DNA of 64,000 nucleotides from Mnemiopsis leidyi (Eukaryota): NCBI GenBank assembly GCA_048537945.1, contig CM108484.1, positions 18,945,034 to 19,009,033 of the forward strand, read 5' to 3'. Shown piece by piece: positions 59,059 to 64,000 of this stretch (position 1 is its first letter; each line of letters starts with the position of its first letter). The notes under the pieces were generated by a model. It saw only the letters and a program-made list of their open reading frames with translations, ran no database searches and was not told where the DNA came from. The position numbers and the translations under genes were made by a program.

Positions 59059-59269
59059 GCTGCAATGAGGGAGATGTGTTTAAACAGATGAAATGCTTCT
59101 GTTTAAAACAAAATATTCTGCGGTAACGACAATAAGTAAATTGGTAAGTTTGTGCATTAATGCAATATAATACCTATAGCACCCCTTCACAAATACTCAA
59201 TTTTGGTTGCCGTCGGGAAGATAAGGCTCTCAGAGCGAAGATAAATTTCTAAATTATGAATTTTTAAGG

Positions 59270-59925
59270 AAATTTAACAAAATTTTCAAAATTTCTTAAA
59301 TTCATGCAAAATGTCTCAAAAAAGTCATCCTCGCTTTTCATCTCGACCAGATACTCTAGAAGATGCAAGGATGAAACAGTGCGTTTTGCGGCGAACTACT
59401 AACATAATTTCGAAGATTATCTTCGATTTTCATAAGTATTTGATACTCTCGGACAAACGAGGATGAAGCAGTCTGTTTAATGTGATAAACTACTAACAGA
59501 ATTTCTTAGATTTTCTTCGGTTTTCATGAGTATTTGATGTTCTCAGAGAAACGAGGATAAAGCAATTAATTTTGTGATCAACTACTAACAGAATTTCTAA
59601 GATTATCTTTGGTTTTCATGATTATTTGATATTCTTAGAGAAACGAGGATAAAGAAGTGAGTTTCATAATATACTACTAACAGAATTTCTAATATCATCT
59701 TCGCTTTTTATGACTAGTTGATCCTCTCGAAAAAAAAACGGGGATAAGACAGTATGTTTTGTGATAAATAACTAACAGAAATCCGAGGATTATCTTCGAC
59801 TTTTATCTTGGTCTGATGCTCTTGAAAAAGCGAGGATAAAGCAGTATAAGTTTTGTGAAGTTGTGAATAACAACAAACAGAATTCCGAAGATTATCTTCG
59901 CTTTTCTTCTTTTTTACCAATAATT
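59270..59925. repeat. ~117-bp tandem repeat x5-6
   Basis: Recurrent ...ACTACTAACAGAATTTCKAAGATTATCTTCG...AAACGAGGATRAAGCA... units. Confidence 0.85.
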
Positions 59926-60752
59926 TAAGTGTTTCTCACCGAAATTCTGATTTGATACAAGCAGAAGGTGGACTCCTGTGTTACTACATGAAATGTATAT
60001 AGAGCCTGGCAAAATCTATTGTCAAATTTGAAATTTCAAATATCACCTGATCGCCTTTTTTAGTGATTTCAACATTAAGCACCTATTCTAAGGGGCTGAG
60101 TAAATATGGTAATTAGTAACTATCGATGTGATAAATGATCATGTGTCAAGGCAGTCAAAATTGCTCACTCCCATTCAAATTTAAAATCCATGTCTCTGAT
60201 AGTCCTTTACCAAATTGTTTCAGCCATTTTACATGCAGAAATCCTCGAAATTTTTTGCCTGTGGCGGGCATTTGCGGGCTCATTTACGTTTCTGATTTAA
60301 ACAGAAGTTTTATAATTCATTGAATAACTGCCTCACATATTGGCCTTAATTAATAAATCGCTTTTAGGTCATTCTGTGAACGAAAATTCTCAAAATTTTA
60401 CGCCTGTGGCGGGGATTTACTGGGTCAGTAAATTCTGAAACCTCAGTTTAAAATTTATCGAGAAATCGCCTCTAATATTGGCTAGCGGTGAAAAATTCCA
60501 GCGAAATTTTTCAGGGCTAAATGAAACTTTTTTGTACAGGCATACATATACATTCAAGTTGATACACCACAATAAGTATGTTCAAACTGGGTCCTTAAAG
60601 CATATTTTGGAGAATAAGAGAAAATTCTGAAAAACCGAGGATAAGTTTTTATTTTCGGGAAGATAAGGGTGCTAATTTTCAACTTATGTGACCTTATGAC
60701 CTATAGCGTTAGAAACTGTTTAGGATGTTTAATAAGATTGAGCAAGAAAAAC

Positions 60753-60821
60753 CTGAACTTCGTCAAGCAGTAGGCCAGCAGCCAATGTTCCCATCCCAGC
60801 CAAGAAAAATGGAGGGATAAC
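60753..60821 (-). CDS. SLC41: SLC41 exon (VIPPFFLAGMGTLAAGLLLDEVQ)
   Basis: Matches human [32 protein letters not shown] donor. Confidence 0.8.
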
Positions 60822-60974
60822 CTGAATATTGAATTAATGTTTTGGAAAAATAATTTCACAGCTTTAGAAAACTAGCAAGATGACATTGATTTTGTGACCT
60901 TCTCACAACACAAAATAGCTTTTGACATCCTTAAGATAAGAAACAAACTGAATAAAATTTGTAATCTGAAAGAC

Positions 60975-61127
60975 CTGTAAAGCCTCTGATAAAGAAATGA
61001 GTCTCCATCTCCTCCATTGATCTGAACATGGTGGTCCATCTTTGTCATTTTGAACAAGTGGGGTGGTTTCCTCTGTTATGCCATTGTTGCTCATGTTAAA
61101 ATTGCGTTTCCGAGTCTCAGATGTCAT
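60975..61127 (-). CDS. SLC41: SLC41 first coding exon (MTSETRKRNFNMSNNGITEETTPLVQNDKDGPPCSDQWRRWRLISLSEALQ)
   Basis: ATG at 61127. CAG|GTCTTT donor. The divergent N-terminus is as expected for this family. Confidence 0.65.
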
Positions 61128-62299
61128 GATGTGTCAGTCGCTTCCATGGTTTCAAACCTATTTGCATACAGCTCTATTCATTCAAACATTCTACCTTCAG
61201 CTTGGAAAAGTAGGATTATATGACAAACATAAGCAGGGAAGTTTTCGATTTATATGCTTTTCAGCCCTCAGTGCTGATATAACCATTCGTTGCATGAGAT
61301 AATATTTCAAGAATACATCAATTGTCTAAGTAAGGTTCCAAATTCCAATAATGAAGGATGGATCGCACTGTAAAATATTTCACAGTAACAGACTACCTGT
61401 GCCCAACTTATGTGCACCTCCGCGGTGCACTTTAGGAAACACATCCAAACTTTTTTCTGGCTGTAAACAAACACACTTACTCAGCCTAAGTCCAATCTGA
61501 ACCACATCTTCCATCAGAGGAGGTGTTGGGGCAGCTGGTTACTGAACACCTGGGAAATGGCATAGTCCTGTCATTCTCAAGTAAACCAAAATGGGGTATT
61601 TTTAGTATTTGTATTTTGTGACACCTGTACCCAGGCTTTTACAGTCATACTGAAGGAGCTCCTGGAAGATTCTAGACCTTTTAACAGAGACCCTCCTCAT
61701 TTAACACTCGATCATGGTTTCCCGTCATTTCCCTGAGTCGACCCAAGAAGATTGCATAGGCAAATGCCCTTAACACATTCCTCTAGGATCAGCGGATCTA
61801 GGAATCGATCTGGAGTCAGATGCTGTCTGTCACAGCTGGTTCCTGGAGCAAACACCCTCATCCCCACAGAATTGGGAGCACTGTTGGTGGTGCTTCGTCC
61901 AGTTGGAAGGCTGTATCTCTCATTCCAGATTCTCTTTTTGGGCTTGTTTTGTCTCTGGTGAGTCAGCCAGCATTAGTGTATCATTCCTCATACATCCCAC
62001 ATTTTGCTTGGTCCCATTAGGCAAGGTTGTATTTTCCCTCAAGTGAATTTGAAGGTTTCTTCTCAAAAGAAAAAAGAGTAGTGAAGTCTAAAAGGGCAGG
62101 TTCAAATCATTGCGTTTTCTTAACTACTCAACTTCGATTTCAAGCACCTTGCAACACTGTATATAAGCCACTTATCTGGGGCAAGAGGATGTTCCCAATC
62201 TCACAAAATGAAAACTTACTTTTCTTGTGGCACACAAACAAGCAACCCTCATAAGGATGTAAACCTTTATCAGTCCCAAAACGCAAAGCGTGCCTCCAG

Positions 62300-63060
62300 C
62301 CAGAAAAGACATGTGGTTTTCAGATTCTTTGCAATTTCAAGTTCAAAATTTTCATTTTTCGGCTATAGGTGTGATGATTTTTTGGATTCGAAACTATAAA
62401 ATTCGGATTCCTCGTCAAATTTTATGTCTCTAATTTTTTCTCAAAGATTTCCATTTTGGGGCCTTATAAGGGGTCACTTAAGGGGTCATTTGATGATATT
62501 TTGGATCTGAAATTATCAAATTCGGATTCCTCATCAGATTTTACATGAAAAAAATACTGGTCTAACTTTTCTTCTAACTCAAAGTTGAAAATTTTCATTT
62601 TTAGGCCTTTAGATCAACTTTTCACATAGCCTTAGCCACAAAACCCCCTAAAATTTATAATACTTGAAATTTTCATAACTCTATCTCTTTCCATTTGGAC
62701 TCCATTTTGTCCCCTGATTTGGAGACTTTTTTGGGCCTTTTTAAGGGCCTTTAAGGCATTAAAGGGCCCTTAGAGGTGTCAGAGCGAATTTTAACATAGC
62801 CTAAGCCACAGACTGTGCTGAAATCTACCTGATCTGAAATTTTCAATTCTCTATCTCTTACCGTTTGGGCTCCCATTTGTTTGCAAAAAGCTCCGTTGGG
62901 GGTCAGATCGTATAACACACTTCATTTTGTCATATTGGGGGTGGCACCTTTTTTTGAACCCGGACTAAAATTTGACGAAAAGCGATTGAGAATAGTCTTG
63001 AGGTTCAAAAATTTTTGGTTAAGTGTCTTTTCTGGGGTGGTTACCACCACCCTTATATGA
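62300..63060. repeat. Block of ~150-bp tandem repeats (two subfamilies)
   Basis: Recurrent ...AAATTCGGATTCCTCRTCA... and ...CTATCTCTTWCC(A/G)TTTGG... units. Confidence 0.7.
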
Positions 63061-63119
63061 ATGTTCCCAATTTAACAAAATTATAATGCACCATCCATGT
63101 TGCACACAATTAACAACGA

Positions 63120-64000
63120 AACCCTTTATTCTTCAAACAAACAAAGACCTTTACTTATCCAAACTTTTCTTGTGTTTGGAGTCATTTCTCGAAAACTAAA
63201 CGTCAGACCCCCATGGTTAGTGTACCTATTTCGAGACATTTCCTTGTGTTTGAAGTTGTATTTCGAAAGTTAACCGATAGACCCCCATATTTGTTGGCGT
63301 TATCTTGTAGTTCAGATTAATAAGAACATGCTGTGAAATTATAAAGAAAATCGTACGTAGGGAACACCTCGAGAATAGGCTTGTTCCATGGTTAGTGTAT
63401 CTATTTCGAGACATTTTCTTGTGCTTGAAGTTATTTCTCAAAAACTAAACGTCAGACCCCCACTTTTTTCGACGTTCCATGGTTAGTGTACCTATTTCGA
63501 GACATTTTCTTGTGTTTGGAGTTATTTCTCGGAAACTAACCGATAGATCCCCATATTTGTTGGCGTTATCTTGTAGTTCAGATTAATAGGAACATACTGT
63601 GAAATTTTAAAGAAAATCGTACGTAGGGAACACCTCGAGAATAGGCTTGTTCCATGGTAAGTGTACCTATTTCGAGACATTTCTTGTGTTTGGAGTTATT
63701 TCTCGAAAACTAAACGTCAGACCCCCACTTTTTTCGACGTTACTTTGTCATCTAGATCAATAAGAACATACTGTAAAATTTTAAAGGAAATCGTACGTAG
63801 GGAACACCTCGAGAATAGGCTTGTTCCATGGTTAGAGTACCTATTTCGAGACATTTCCTTGTGTTTGAAGTTGTATCTCGAAAACTAACCCATAGACCCC
63901 CATATTTGTTGGCGTTATCTTGTAGTTCAGATTAATAGGAACATACTGCGAAATTTTAAAGAAAATCGTACGTAGGGAACACCTCGAGAATAGGCTTGTT
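63120..64000. repeat. ~175-bp satellite array (>=5 units, CCATGGTTAGTGTACCTATTTCGAGACATTTC... variants A/B) running off the window end
   Basis: Direct reading of the sequence. Units start at ~63215, 63390, 63478, 63655 and 63830. Confidence 0.9.

Overview
This window is metazoan (invertebrate-like) nuclear DNA, rich in introns and repeats, with no prokaryotic features. Four spliced host genes are recognisable. A Rap1 small GTPase lies on + (3715-9898) with 5 core coding exons plus two alternative terminal exons that both end in the CAAX box CVLL. A WDR7/rabconnectin-3beta orthologue lies on + (36064-45123, 19 exons found). An SLC41 (MgtE-like Mg2+ transporter) gene lies on - (45786-61127, 9 exons found). 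A GH31 acid alpha-glucosidase-like gene lies on + (51082-55636, 6 exons) and is nested antisense inside the 10.6-kb SLC41 intron. The 10-35 kb interval is a transposon-rich region. It holds two foldback/MITE elements with readable TSDs; a third, hAT-like MITE lies at 56176-57018 in the SLC41 intron. One foldback insertion can be verified against an intact paralogous empty site in the same window. The interval also holds a degenerate Penelope-like fragment, a 5'-truncated LINE, kb-scale minisatellites and a terminal satellite. The standout feature is a 9.1-kb unit (21224-30361). It is an intron-containing family-B DNA polymerase gene (Exo I/II and Pol motifs A and B recognisable) bounded by 2.8-kb near-identical terminal inverted repeats. 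The 3' third of the gene lies inside the repeat, so the opposite arm carries an orphan inverted copy of those exons. All coordinates were read by eye from the sequence. Splice phases were checked by hand, and a few junctions remain unresolved and are flagged.
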